This document shows, piece after piece, positions 18,431 to 27,066 of a stretch of DNA of 64,000 nt (its first letter is position 1; each line of letters opens with the position of its first letter). Made by a program: the position numbers and the translations under genes. Source of the DNA: Gammaproteobacteria bacterium (GTDB lineage: Bacteria > Pseudomonadota > Gammaproteobacteria > Steroidobacterales > Foliamicaceae); contig JAPPHC010000026.1 in NCBI GenBank assembly GCA_028821145.1, positions 5,869 to 69,868 of the forward strand, given 5' to 3'. A model generated the notes under the pieces. The model saw only the letters and a program-made list of their open reading frames with translations. It did no database searches and was not told the origin of the DNA.

Positions 18431-19735
18431 CTAACCTGACGCAATCCGGGCCCGCTCTCGGCCGATTGCCGGTCCCAGCAGGACGGCGAACACCAGCACG
18501 ACGGCGTTTACCGCCGAAGTCAATACGAACGGACCGGTCAGCAACCAGGAATCGAATACGTAACCACTCAGCTTCAGGATAACGGCCGCCCCCAGTCCGC
18601 TGCATACCGTGAAGAACCCGATGATCGTGCCGCGAATCTTGACCGGCGCTTCCGCCTGAACGAACACCTGGGACGAAATAATTACGGCGGATTGACCCAC
18701 GGACAACAGAGCCACGGAGAGCTTGCCTGATAGCGCGGAAGGGTCGGTGACCAGATAAGTGGACCCGTAGCCGACGACTGCCAGGACAAGACTGACCTGA
18801 AGGGCAAGAAGCGGTTTCGCCCGATCGTTGAGAACGCCGATGGCCGGCATGGCAGCCATTGAAACCAGCTGGACAATCACCATCAACACGCCGCCCAAAG
18901 CCAGTCCCTGTGCCAGCCCCACCCCGGCAGCCGTTGCATGACCCGCAGTCCATAAGGACAGATACGTGCCAATGACCGCCATGCTCGCCCCCGATGCAAA
19001 GCCTGCGAAATAGGCCAGTCGAATCCCGGGATGTCTGATTTGTGCGACGCCTTCGCGGATCAGCGCCCACAAGTTTTGATGTTCAACTCCCTCACGGGGA
19101 CCGTCCGCACGCAGCATGAGCCACAACACCAGTGCCGACAGCCCGGCGGCCCCGACCATCACGAAGTGAGTCGCGTATCCGGCCTCGATGACGTCCCAGC
19201 CTCTCTCGAGCAACCACTGCGGCAGCCTGAGGATCACCAGGGCGGCCAGAATGGAACCGATCCCGAAGGTCACGCCCTGAAACGCATTCCACTTGCCGCG
19301 GCTGTTTTCCTGCACGTAATCGGCGACCACGATCAGAAAGCAGGCCGCCACGGCCGTGCGCCCTATGGAAAAGACGGTGCGGGACACGATCAGCCCGGAC
19401 AGCGTGGACACCAGCGGCGCAATCAGAATGCCCAGCGCCATGGCCACCACGCCGAGAGTCAGTACCAGCCGCCTTCCCTTCTGGTCGGCCAGGGCGCCCA
19501 TCGCGCCCGCGAGCAGGACCGTAATGATCTGGCCGATTGCACCCAGAGTTCCGGTTGCGTCGCCCATTTCCGAGTTGGGCAGATTGAGATGGTGCTCAAG
19601 CAACCATGGCTGCACCATGTTCAGGCCAACGAAGCAGAATGCCAGACAGCAGACGCCCAACAGCAGACCGACCGCGTTCATCGGCACGACGCCCTGATTG
19701 AGCGACATACCCGCGATCTTTTTCGCCGTCGCCAT
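18431..19735 (-). CDS. MFS transporter
   Basis: About 12 predicted TM segments, with an MFS-type loop DQKGRRLVL after TM2. The ATG at 19735 lies 2 nt after the upstream stop. The upstream part of the track ORF is rejected. Confidence 0.85.
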   Translation of the reverse strand: MATAKKIAGMSLNQGVVPMNAVGLLLGVCCLAFCFVGLNMVQPWLLEHHLNLPNSEMGDATGTLGAIGQIITVLLAGAMGALADQKGRRLVLTLGVVAMALGILIAPLVSTLSGLIVSRTVFSIGRTAVAACFLIVVADYVQENSRGKWNAFQGVTFGIGSILAALVILRLPQWLLERGWDVIEAGYATHFVMVGAAGLSALVLWLMLRADGPREGVEHQNLWALIREGVAQIRHPGIRLAYFAGFASGASMAVIGTYLSLWTAGHATAAGVGLAQGLALGGVLMVIVQLVSMAAMPAIGVLNDRAKPLLALQVSLVLAVVGYGSTYLVTDPSALSGKLSVALLSVGQSAVIISSQVFVQAEAPVKIRGTIIGFFTVCSGLGAAVILKLSGYVFDSWLLTGPFVLTSAVNAVVLVFAVLLGPAIGRERARIASG

Positions 19736-19737
19736 GA

Positions 19738-20310
19738 CTACTCTATGTCGTCCAGCTCCAGATTCATGATCGACGTCCAGGGCTCCTCCATGGCGGGCAG
19801 CCATCTTTGCAGCAATGGCGAAGTGGCCTGCTCGGCTGAAGCCCCCTTCCTGAGCATCATGTATCGATTGATGAAGGCGGACACTCGTCCGCTTACGACG
19901 CAATGAACAAAGACCTTTTCGCCGTCGAAGGCGTCCATGACGTTGAAGAATTTCCGTACATGCGTTGACGTGGGAGCATCGGAGGGAACGGGAATATGAA
20001 TGTAGGACATGCCCAGGGAAGCGGTGACGCTGCCCTCTTCCGGTATCGCGTTATCCGAGTCATGCATCGCCAGGTTCACGACGACGGAGTAACCCGCATC
20101 CGCGACCTGTGCCAACTGGCTGACGGTCGGCTGTCCACCAATGGCGATGTTGTCCGTCATCTCATGGAAATTCAGTATGTCCTGGACTGTCGCAGTCTCT
20201 AAAGCATCTTGCGCAGCACCGTCGCTGTTCGTCGGCTGCTCCTGAGTATCGTCGGCATGAGCCACGCCGACGAGAAGAAGCCCGGCTAGAAAGATCGATC
20301 TCATTTTCAT
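19738..20310 (-). CDS. Exported Cys-based phosphatase-like protein (DSP/DUF442-like)
   Basis: Signal peptide MKMRSIFLAGLLLVGVAHA. P-loop-like VFVHCVVSGRVS. The fold assignment is tentative. Confidence 0.55.
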   Translation of the reverse strand: MKMRSIFLAGLLLVGVAHADDTQEQPTNSDGAAQDALETATVQDILNFHEMTDNIAIGGQPTVSQLAQVADAGYSVVVNLAMHDSDNAIPEEGSVTASLGMSYIHIPVPSDAPTSTHVRKFFNVMDAFDGEKVFVHCVVSGRVSAFINRYMMLRKGASAEQATSPLLQRWLPAMEEPWTSIMNLELDDIE

Positions 20311-20340
20311 TACCTCCGGCGCGAATGGTATAGCGTTCCC

Positions 20341-21804
20341 CTATTGAACATCGGGCCTGTCCTTGCGGGGTGGCAGCCAGCGCAACGGAATCGGGTCGGA
20401 TGCGGGCAGCAGCCCGTCTGTTTCCGTCGGCGTGAAAGTGACCGTCGCCCGCGTGAAGTAGACCTCGGTGCGGCTTTCGAACCCCGAGTCGGTGCCGAAG
20501 AGCAGCCAGGCCCGGCCGTCCGCCGATGCGGAAACGGTTTCCGGGACCGATAGGGCCTGGAAAGACTTGCGTTCCCACTGACGCGGCTGCTCGCAACTCC
20601 GGGAGTTGGCCATATTGCCGAGCACGACGGCATTGCCGCCCCCATTTGACTGGTTTCCGATATCGATGTTCATGCGCAGATAAGAGCCCCGCAGGACCGG
20701 CAGCGGCTCGACTTCGCTTGCGCCCGCCTTGATCCAGACGCTCTCGCCCGGCGCGCCGCCGACGCCCACGCAGCCGGCGGGCGTATCGGTGGCGATCTCC
20801 ACGCTGACCGAAACGCTGTAGGCCGCGCCCGCGACGAGACCGGCGACCTGTCCCTTGAAGAACATGACGAGATCGTCGCTGCGGTTGACCCCGGAGAGGT
20901 ACAGGGCCGATTCCGGCTCGAGCGGCGACGGAAGCGGGCGATAGCCGGACGTCAGTTCGTAGATCTCCTCATCGTCCGGCGGATAGTCTGCGAAGTCGGC
21001 AACGAACCCCTGTTCCCCGCGACTGAACTCGAAGTTTTGCGTTACTCCATCCGCCGGCCCGTTCGACAGGTTCTTGAGTCGACCGGCCGGGCCCGATAAC
21101 AGGCCCATCACTGCGAGCGGCCGATCCGACCGGACGGCCAGCCGCCACCTGCCGTCACCATCGCCCAGCGATCCGTCCAAGCCGGGTGCTTTCCCCGATT
21201 CCAGTTCCGACGCCGAGTAGGTCCTCGCCGCCCCGGCGGGAATTCGCGCGATCACCGCGCCGGCACTGGTGGCGCCCGCATCGTCCACTCCATGGATCGC
21301 AACGTTCACGGTTGCCGATTCCCTATTGACCAACCGGAGCAGGCTCTCCTGGTCGCGGTCGCTCCCGGGGTTGAAGATCGCGACGCGGTAGCCGCCCTCC
21401 CGCCATGGCGCCGTGCCATGCATCGGCGCGATGAAGCCGTCGCTCGTGCGGATGTAGGACAGGACCGCGATATCAAGGTCGCTCGAAAGTTCGAGTCGCC
21501 AGTCCCCGCGCCCGGGCCCGGTGCTCCCGGACAGTCCCTTGTCGGTGTTGCCGTCCTCCAGATCGAACGAGTCGAAGTGCACGGTCGCGCTCGGGCCGAT
21601 CGACAACGCAAGCGGTTCGTACGATGCACCCTCATCGTCGAACGCCTCGATCGTCACCTCGCCTGCTTTGTCGGACCGGTTGATCACCTGCGCCACTCCC
21701 CGCCGGTCCCAGGCATCCGACGCCGACGGGAAGAACGGGATTGTCTGACCTGTAGCTGCTGCCGATGCAGCGACGAGGAAAATGCAAAAGACGGCTGGTT
21801 GCAA
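20341..21804 (-). CDS. Exported hypothetical protein: two repeats of about 100 aa each plus a C-terminal beta-rich domain of about 230 aa
   Basis: Signal-like N-terminus. The internal duplication is visible by eye (VINRS..VTIEAFDDEGAS..GLSGSTGPGRGDWRLELSSD versus LVNRE..VAIHGVDDAGAT..GLDGSLGDGDGRWRLAVRSD). The start is a TTG at 21804 with no obvious Shine-Dalgarno sequence. Confidence 0.6.
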   Translation of the reverse strand: MQPAVFCIFLVAASAAATGQTIPFFPSASDAWDRRGVAQVINRSDKAGEVTIEAFDDEGASYEPLALSIGPSATVHFDSFDLEDGNTDKGLSGSTGPGRGDWRLELSSDLDIAVLSYIRTSDGFIAPMHGTAPWREGGYRVAIFNPGSDRDQESLLRLVNRESATVNVAIHGVDDAGATSAGAVIARIPAGAARTYSASELESGKAPGLDGSLGDGDGRWRLAVRSDRPLAVMGLLSGPAGRLKNLSNGPADGVTQNFEFSRGEQGFVADFADYPPDDEEIYELTSGYRPLPSPLEPESALYLSGVNRSDDLVMFFKGQVAGLVAGAAYSVSVSVEIATDTPAGCVGVGGAPGESVWIKAGASEVEPLPVLRGSYLRMNIDIGNQSNGGGNAVVLGNMANSRSCEQPRQWERKSFQALSVPETVSASADGRAWLLFGTDSGFESRTEVYFTRATVTFTPTETDGLLPASDPIPLRWLPPRKDRPDVQ

Positions 21805-21832
21805 TTGATTTATGCAATAAGGACCTGGCGGG

Positions 21833-23833
21833 TCAGTCCGGCAGGCTGTACGCCACCACCGTATCGCCCTTCTTGAAGGGATAGACCCAAGTGTGTCCGC
21901 CGGTGGCGACCACCACGAATTGCTTGCCGTCGGCCATATACGTCATGGGAGTGGCATTGGCCGAGGTGGGACCGTCGAACTCCCAGAGCAACTCCCCGGT
22001 CAGCGTGTCGTATGCGCGGAACCGCTCGTCGGCGGTCGCGCCGATGAACACCACTCCGCCGCCCGTGGCGATCGGCCCGCCCGCAAACGGCGTGCCCCAT
22101 CGCAACGGAATGGGAATCGGAGACAGCTTGTCGATCAGCCCCAGCGGCTCTTCCCACAGGATCTCGCCCGCGGCCATGTCCACCGCCACCAGCTTGCCCC
22201 AGGGCGGCTCCGTGCACGGCGTCATGAACGGAGAAAACAGGACCCCCTGCTGCAGGCCGTAGTTCGTGCCGTCGATGAATCCCGGCGGTCCCATCGGAAG
22301 ACCCGAGCCGGGAGCCCCGGCCACTTCCGGGTCCAACTCCTCGTTGGGGACCAGTTTGACCCACGAAGGCGTCTCGCTGACCGGCGCCACCAGGATGTCG
22401 CTGTCCGGATCGAAGGCGCCGCCGCCCCAGTTCATGCCGCCGGCGACGCTCGGCATCATCAGCGTGCCCTTCGTGCTCGGGGGCGTGTAGATCGGGCCGT
22501 GGCGCATGGCCTCGATGCTTTCCCGGCACTTGTTCCTGTCATACGGCGTCATTCCCCAGGCGTCGTCCGGCCCGATTCCGTGCCTGACCAGCGGCGGCGG
22601 CCTGACCGGAAACGGCTGAGTGGGCGAGAGCTCGTCATCCGGTAATCCATCGGTAGGTACGGGACGCTCCTCGATCTCGAAGAAGGGCTCGCCGGTGTAG
22701 CGATGGAAGGTGAAAACCATGCCCTGCTTGGTCAGTTGCATCACCACCGGGACGTTCTCGCCGTCCCGCGTGATTTCGGCGAGGATGGGGTTGGTCGGCA
22801 GGTCCCAGTCCCACACGTCGTGATGAAGAATCTGGTAGTGCCAGACCAGCTCTCCGGTGCTTGCGCGAAGCACGACGAGGGAGTTCCCGTAGAGATTGTC
22901 GCCCGGCCGTTTGCCTCCGAAGAAGTCGGGCGACGGGCTGGCCGTGGGTATAAAAACCAGGTCGCTCTCGTTTTCCCAGGAGAAAGTGGTCCAGGCGTTG
23001 GCGCCGCCCACGTGCCAGGCACTGCTCTCCGGATCACCCTCCGGCTCGCGGATCAGCGTGTCGAAGGTCCACAGATGCTCGCCGGTGCGGGCGCTGAAGG
23101 CGCGTACGGCCCCGTTCGTGGAACTCGCATCGCTGAACTTGGCGGCGGTCCCGCCGATGACGATCACGCCGTTGACGACGGCGACCGGCGAGTTCAGCTG
23201 CATCGTGAGGAGCTGGCTGGTCGGCCGCAGTAGCTCAATGATCGGCGTCACGTCGACAAACCCGTTCTCGCCGAAGTCCGCGCAGGACTCGCCGTTGCGC
23301 GCATCGACGGCGGCCAGCCGACGGTCGTTCGTGGCGAGAAGGATGCGGTGGGCGCAGACATCCGCTTCCGCCGCGTCCGGGTCGCGCCAGTAGGTCACGC
23401 CCCGGCAATTGAAGCGCCCGGCATGAGGGCTCAGATCGATCTCGGGATCAAACGCCCATCGTTCACTCCCCGTGGCCGGGTCCAGCGCAATGATCCGGTT
23501 ATAAGGATCGCACAACACCAGGTGGCGCCCCGCCTCTTCCGGAAGAAGAATGGGCGTCGCCTGGAAACCCAGCAAGTCGTTGAAGTGCGGCGCCCGCTCG
23601 AGGTGGCCGGTGTTGTAGATCCAGGCGATGTCCAGATCGCCTGCGTTGGAGCGATTGATCTGGTTCAGGGGCGAGTAGCGGGTGCCTGTCGCCAGGCCCG
23701 CATAGGTGGGCCAGCCCGGATCCTCGACCAATGGACCCGGCTCGAATGATCGATCGTCCTGATTTCCGCAGCCGCCGAGCAGCAGAGCGCCCAGGAGCAG
23801 CATGACCATGCGGCTTTCGCTCTTCGGCAACAT
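21833..23833 (-). CDS. PQQ-dependent dehydrogenase (glucose/quinate/shikimate-dehydrogenase family), lipoprotein
   Basis: Lipobox LLLGGC. Beta-propeller pattern with repeated W-containing motifs (DLDIAWIYNTG, GGANAWTTFSWE, PWGKLVAVDMAAGEILWE). About 660 aa. Confidence 0.82.
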   Translation of the reverse strand: MLPKSESRMVMLLLGALLLGGCGNQDDRSFEPGPLVEDPGWPTYAGLATGTRYSPLNQINRSNAGDLDIAWIYNTGHLERAPHFNDLLGFQATPILLPEEAGRHLVLCDPYNRIIALDPATGSERWAFDPEIDLSPHAGRFNCRGVTYWRDPDAAEADVCAHRILLATNDRRLAAVDARNGESCADFGENGFVDVTPIIELLRPTSQLLTMQLNSPVAVVNGVIVIGGTAAKFSDASSTNGAVRAFSARTGEHLWTFDTLIREPEGDPESSAWHVGGANAWTTFSWENESDLVFIPTASPSPDFFGGKRPGDNLYGNSLVVLRASTGELVWHYQILHHDVWDWDLPTNPILAEITRDGENVPVVMQLTKQGMVFTFHRYTGEPFFEIEERPVPTDGLPDDELSPTQPFPVRPPPLVRHGIGPDDAWGMTPYDRNKCRESIEAMRHGPIYTPPSTKGTLMMPSVAGGMNWGGGAFDPDSDILVAPVSETPSWVKLVPNEELDPEVAGAPGSGLPMGPPGFIDGTNYGLQQGVLFSPFMTPCTEPPWGKLVAVDMAAGEILWEEPLGLIDKLSPIPIPLRWGTPFAGGPIATGGGVVFIGATADERFRAYDTLTGELLWEFDGPTSANATPMTYMADGKQFVVVATGGHTWVYPFKKGDTVVAYSLPD

Positions 23834-23845
23834 GTCCCGCGACTC

Positions 23846-24619
23846 TCAGCGGCGGTAGGAAGGTTCTTCCCGGTCCAGGATGGTCTGAAGCTCGCGAAAG
23901 TGGTCCTCGCCCAAATCCGGATAGTCGCGCCATTGGCTTGCCGTCTTTGCCGCCACTTCGTCGGAAACGACACGCAGCTCATGGCCGGTCTGCAAGGCCG
24001 TGATGTAGGTCGAACAGGCGCGCTCGAAGTAGTAGAGGTCGTCGAACGCCCGGCCGACCGTCTCGCCGATCACCATCAGCCCGTGGTTGCGCATCAGGAG
24101 AATCGGCTTGTCTCCCAACAGCCGGGCGATGCGTTCGGCCTCTCCGCCGAGACTCATGCCGTCGAAGCCGTCGTCGATGCACACGCTTCCCCAGAACCGC
24201 ATTGCGTTGATGTCGATGGGCGGCAGCGTGGAATCCGCGAGACAGCCAAGCACCGACGCGTATTTCGAGTGAACATGAAGCACGCAGCGCGCATGCGGCA
24301 CGTGCCGGTGGATGCCGCCATGCAGCGCCCAGGCCGTTGGGTCCGGGGCATCCGGCCTCGTCATTACCGCATCATCTTCGGCATCGAGCAGCAGCAGCTC
24401 GCTTGCCCTTACACGAGAGAAATGACGCCCCTTCGGGTTCATCAGGAACCGTGTGCCCGCCCTGTTGACGGCAAGACTGAAGTGGTTCGCGACCGCTTCG
24501 TGCATGTCGAAGCGGGCCGCCCAGCGAAACGCGCAGGCCAGCGCGGTCCGCTCCTCTTCAAAGTCCATATCGGGCCGGTTGAGCACAGCGGGCTCGGCGG
24601 GGATCATGGCCTCTCTCAT
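23846..24619 (-). CDS. Class II aldolase/adducin-family protein
   Basis: Motifs GGIHRHVPHARCVLHVHSKYA and LLMRNHGLMVIGETV. The start is the ATG at 24619 (MREAMIP). The upstream track extension is rejected. Confidence 0.85.
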   Translation of the reverse strand: MREAMIPAEPAVLNRPDMDFEEERTALACAFRWAARFDMHEAVANHFSLAVNRAGTRFLMNPKGRHFSRVRASELLLLDAEDDAVMTRPDAPDPTAWALHGGIHRHVPHARCVLHVHSKYASVLGCLADSTLPPIDINAMRFWGSVCIDDGFDGMSLGGEAERIARLLGDKPILLMRNHGLMVIGETVGRAFDDLYYFERACSTYITALQTGHELRVVSDEVAAKTASQWRDYPDLGEDHFRELQTILDREEPSYRR

Positions 24620-24658
24620 CTCTATGAATGCAGGTATCGCCACCCCAAACATGGCACT

Positions 24659-25195
24659 ATGAACCGCGTGCGTCAACTCAAGCGAATATTGACTCGCGAC
24701 GAAATCAACGGGCGCGTGAAGGAGTTGGGAGTCTCGATCAGCGATTACTACGATTCGACGCCCGATCTCCTGATCATCGGACTTCTGAAGGGATCCTTCA
24801 TTTTCCTGGCCGACCTGGTCCGCAACATCCGGACACCGCACGAGATTGCGTTCCTGGGCATCGAGAGTTACGGGGACTCAATGCAGCCCGGCGAACAAAT
24901 CGCGATGACCTACAACCCCGGGATCCGGATGCGCGGTCGAGCCGTACTGCTGGTCGATGACATTATCGATAGCGGCAATACGGTGAATTACGTCATCCCG
25001 TTTCTACAGGAACAGGGCGCCGGTGAGATACAGGTTTGCGCGCTGCTTCACAAGCGCAAGGCGGGGAACCTCAAGTGCGACGTGCGCTGGGTCGGCTTCG
25101 ACGCGCCGCAGGACTTCCTGGTGGGTTACGGCCTCGACCTGGGCGAACAATTCCGCCATCTTCCCTATATCGCCGCCGTGGTTGGCGATTCCTGA
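24659..25195 (+). CDS. hpt: Hypoxanthine phosphoribosyltransferase
   Basis: PRPP motif VLLVDDIIDSGNT, plus LLKGSFIFLADLVR and FLVGYGLDLGEQFRHLPYI. 178 aa. Confidence 0.9.
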   Translation: MNRVRQLKRILTRDEINGRVKELGVSISDYYDSTPDLLIIGLLKGSFIFLADLVRNIRTPHEIAFLGIESYGDSMQPGEQIAMTYNPGIRMRGRAVLLVDDIIDSGNTVNYVIPFLQEQGAGEIQVCALLHKRKAGNLKCDVRWVGFDAPQDFLVGYGLDLGEQFRHLPYIAAVVGDS

Positions 25196-25214
25196 CTCCG
25201 CGTATAGTTGATCC

Positions 25215-26324
25215 ATGCGTAACGGCAAGCTTGTATTGCTGCTGACGGTCTTCGCGATCGTGTGGCCGGGCGCAGGCGGTTTGGTCGCGCACGAGGCGGC
25301 GCTACAGAGCGCCGAAGCGCAGGCCGCCGGGACGCGCATATCGCCCGCGCCGCCTTTCGCCGAGATTTACGGGAAGCCCGGCGCCCGCGCAGCGCTCGAA
25401 GCGGCTAACGCCTTGCTGGGGGCGCTGAGTCCCGAGCAGGCGGACACAATCGTGTTGCCCCTAGACAGCCCGCTGCGCGCCAACTGGTCGAACCTGCCCT
25501 CCGGAGTAACGCGCTTCGAGCGGAGCGGGCTGCGCCTCGGCGACCTGACGCCCGTCCAGCTCGAACGGGCGTTCGGCTTTCTCGCCGCGGCGCTGAGCCC
25601 GCACGGTTATGAAACGGCCACCCAGATCGTTGGCGCCGACGCCGTTCTGGAGGAGTCGCCGAGGGCAGCGCGCGCCGGATGGGCGGACGACAACTACTGG
25701 CTCGCGTTCTTCGGCCGACCGACGCTCTCCGGCCCCTGGGGCTGGTATTTCGGCGGGCATCACCTGGCGATCAACGGGAGCTTCGCGGACGGACGCACGA
25801 CCGGGCTGTCGCCCACCTTCGTCGGCGTCGAGCCCGCCAGCTTCGAGTACGCAGGCGCCCGCGCGACACCCTTTGCCGACGAACTGGCGGCCGGCCACGC
25901 CGTCATGCAGGCCCTGCCCGAGGCGCTTCGGGCGGAGGCGTCAATATCCCCGCGGCCGCGCGGGATTGAGGCCGGCGCGGGACAGGACGGTTTCATTCCC
26001 GAGGTCGTCGGCAGCGCGGTCGCGAACTGGCCCGACAAGGCCCGCACCCTGCTGCTGGAGGCCATCGCCCACTGGGTGCGGCTCCAGCCGCCCGAAAATG
26101 CGGATGCGCGCATGGCGGCGCTGGAGGCGGGGCTCGACGACCTGCACTTCGCATGGAACGGTCCCCACGAGGCCGGCGATGACGGGAACGTCTATTACCG
26201 CATCCAGGGGCCCACGCTGATCATCGAGTTCTCGACCGAAGACGGCATCGCCGCGGACGCGCCGCATTTTCACACGATCTACCGCGACCCCACCAACGAA
26301 TACGGCGCCGGCACAGCCCCCTAG
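25215..26324 (+). CDS. DUF3500-like exported protein
   Basis: Signal peptide. Motifs WSNLP, YWLAFFG.P...PWGWYFGGHHLAIN and HFHTIYRDPTNEYG, as I recall them for DUF3500. Confidence 0.62.
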   Translation: MRNGKLVLLLTVFAIVWPGAGGLVAHEAALQSAEAQAAGTRISPAPPFAEIYGKPGARAALEAANALLGALSPEQADTIVLPLDSPLRANWSNLPSGVTRFERSGLRLGDLTPVQLERAFGFLAAALSPHGYETATQIVGADAVLEESPRAARAGWADDNYWLAFFGRPTLSGPWGWYFGGHHLAINGSFADGRTTGLSPTFVGVEPASFEYAGARATPFADELAAGHAVMQALPEALRAEASISPRPRGIEAGAGQDGFIPEVVGSAVANWPDKARTLLLEAIAHWVRLQPPENADARMAALEAGLDDLHFAWNGPHEAGDDGNVYYRIQGPTLIIEFSTEDGIAADAPHFHTIYRDPTNEYGAGTAP

Positions 26325-26340
26325 AACGGCGTTGGACAGG

Positions 26341-26667
26341 TCAGGCCGGGGCTCGAACTCCATGCTCGGGGACGCGGCTGAGCCTGTCAGCCAGCCGGTC
26401 CTGTTCCTTTTCCAGGTCGTACTGGCTTTGAAGGCCCATCCAGAATTCCGCGGAGTTGCCGAAGAAGCGTGAGAACAACAGCGCTGTCTCCGCCGTAATG
26501 GCCCTCTGTCCGTGAATGATTGCGTTGATGCGTCGAGCATCGACTCCAATGCCCTGCGCCAGCCGATATTGCGTCACGCCCAGGGGAACAAGAAACTCCT
26601 CCTTGAGAATTTCACCGGGATGAATGGGAGGCAGCTTCGCAACACCTTCCGCTACTGCTCTGGTCAT
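26341..26667 (-). CDS. higA: HigA-family antitoxin (XRE-type HTH)
   Basis: IHPGEILKEEFLVPLGVTQYRLAQGIGVDARRINAIIHGQRAITAETALLFSRFFGNSAEFWMGLQSQYDL is a textbook HigA pattern. It lies 35 nt downstream of higB. Confidence 0.9.
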   Translation of the reverse strand: MTRAVAEGVAKLPPIHPGEILKEEFLVPLGVTQYRLAQGIGVDARRINAIIHGQRAITAETALLFSRFFGNSAEFWMGLQSQYDLEKEQDRLADRLSRVPEHGVRAPA

Positions 26668-26702
26668 CTTGTTCTCCTTCTTCTGTGCTCTGGGCGTCGA
26701 AT

Positions 26703-26984
26703 TCAGTGATAGTCCACGATCTCGACCTGGTAGGCATTTCCCTGCTTCCAGAAAAAGCAAATGCGCCAGCGGTCGTTTATGCGAATGCTGTGCTGTCCTT
26801 TCCGGTCGCCGGAAAGCGCCTCTAGGCGATTTCCTGGCGGGATCCGCAAATCGTCGAGTTGCCTGGCATTGTTCAAGATCATCAGCTTTGCCTGCGCCCG
26901 GCGCTGTATTTGCACGGGAAACTTCCTGCATCGTTCGCGGTTTGCTACCGATTCGGTGTTGGCATCCCTGAAACTCCGGATCAC
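26703..26984 (-). CDS. higB: HigB-family toxin (RelE/ParE superfamily, plasmid-maintenance killer type)
   Basis: MIRSFRD...LDDLRIPPGNRLEALSGDRKGQHSIRINDRWRICFFW...VEIVDYH. GTG start. Confidence 0.9.
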   Translation of the reverse strand: MIRSFRDANTESVANRERCRKFPVQIQRRAQAKLMILNNARQLDDLRIPPGNRLEALSGDRKGQHSIRINDRWRICFFWKQGNAYQVEIVDYH

Positions 26985-26993
26985 TCACCGACC

Positions 26994-27018
26994 ATAGTGT
27001 GTCTCACTAATAGTGTCA
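26994..27018. promoter_or_regulatory. Candidate higBA operator, 10-34 nt upstream of higB
   Basis: Inverted repeat TAGTG-N5-CACTA (26995-27009), plus the direct repeat ATAGTGT at 26994 and 27010. Confidence 0.25.
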
Positions 27019-27066
27019 AGCGCTAATACCACAATTTCTCGCGTAATTTCGATCAAAGAATGACGA

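Noticed and set aside
23900-24658. Upstream 253 codons of the ORF that contains hpt
   Set aside because: It is antisense to the class II aldolase gene. The Hpt homology starts at the ATG at 24659.
26668-26988. Extension of the higA ORF across the higB region (215-aa track ORF)
   Set aside because: It is a different frame over higB. HigA homology and its size (108 aa) begin at the ATG at 26667.
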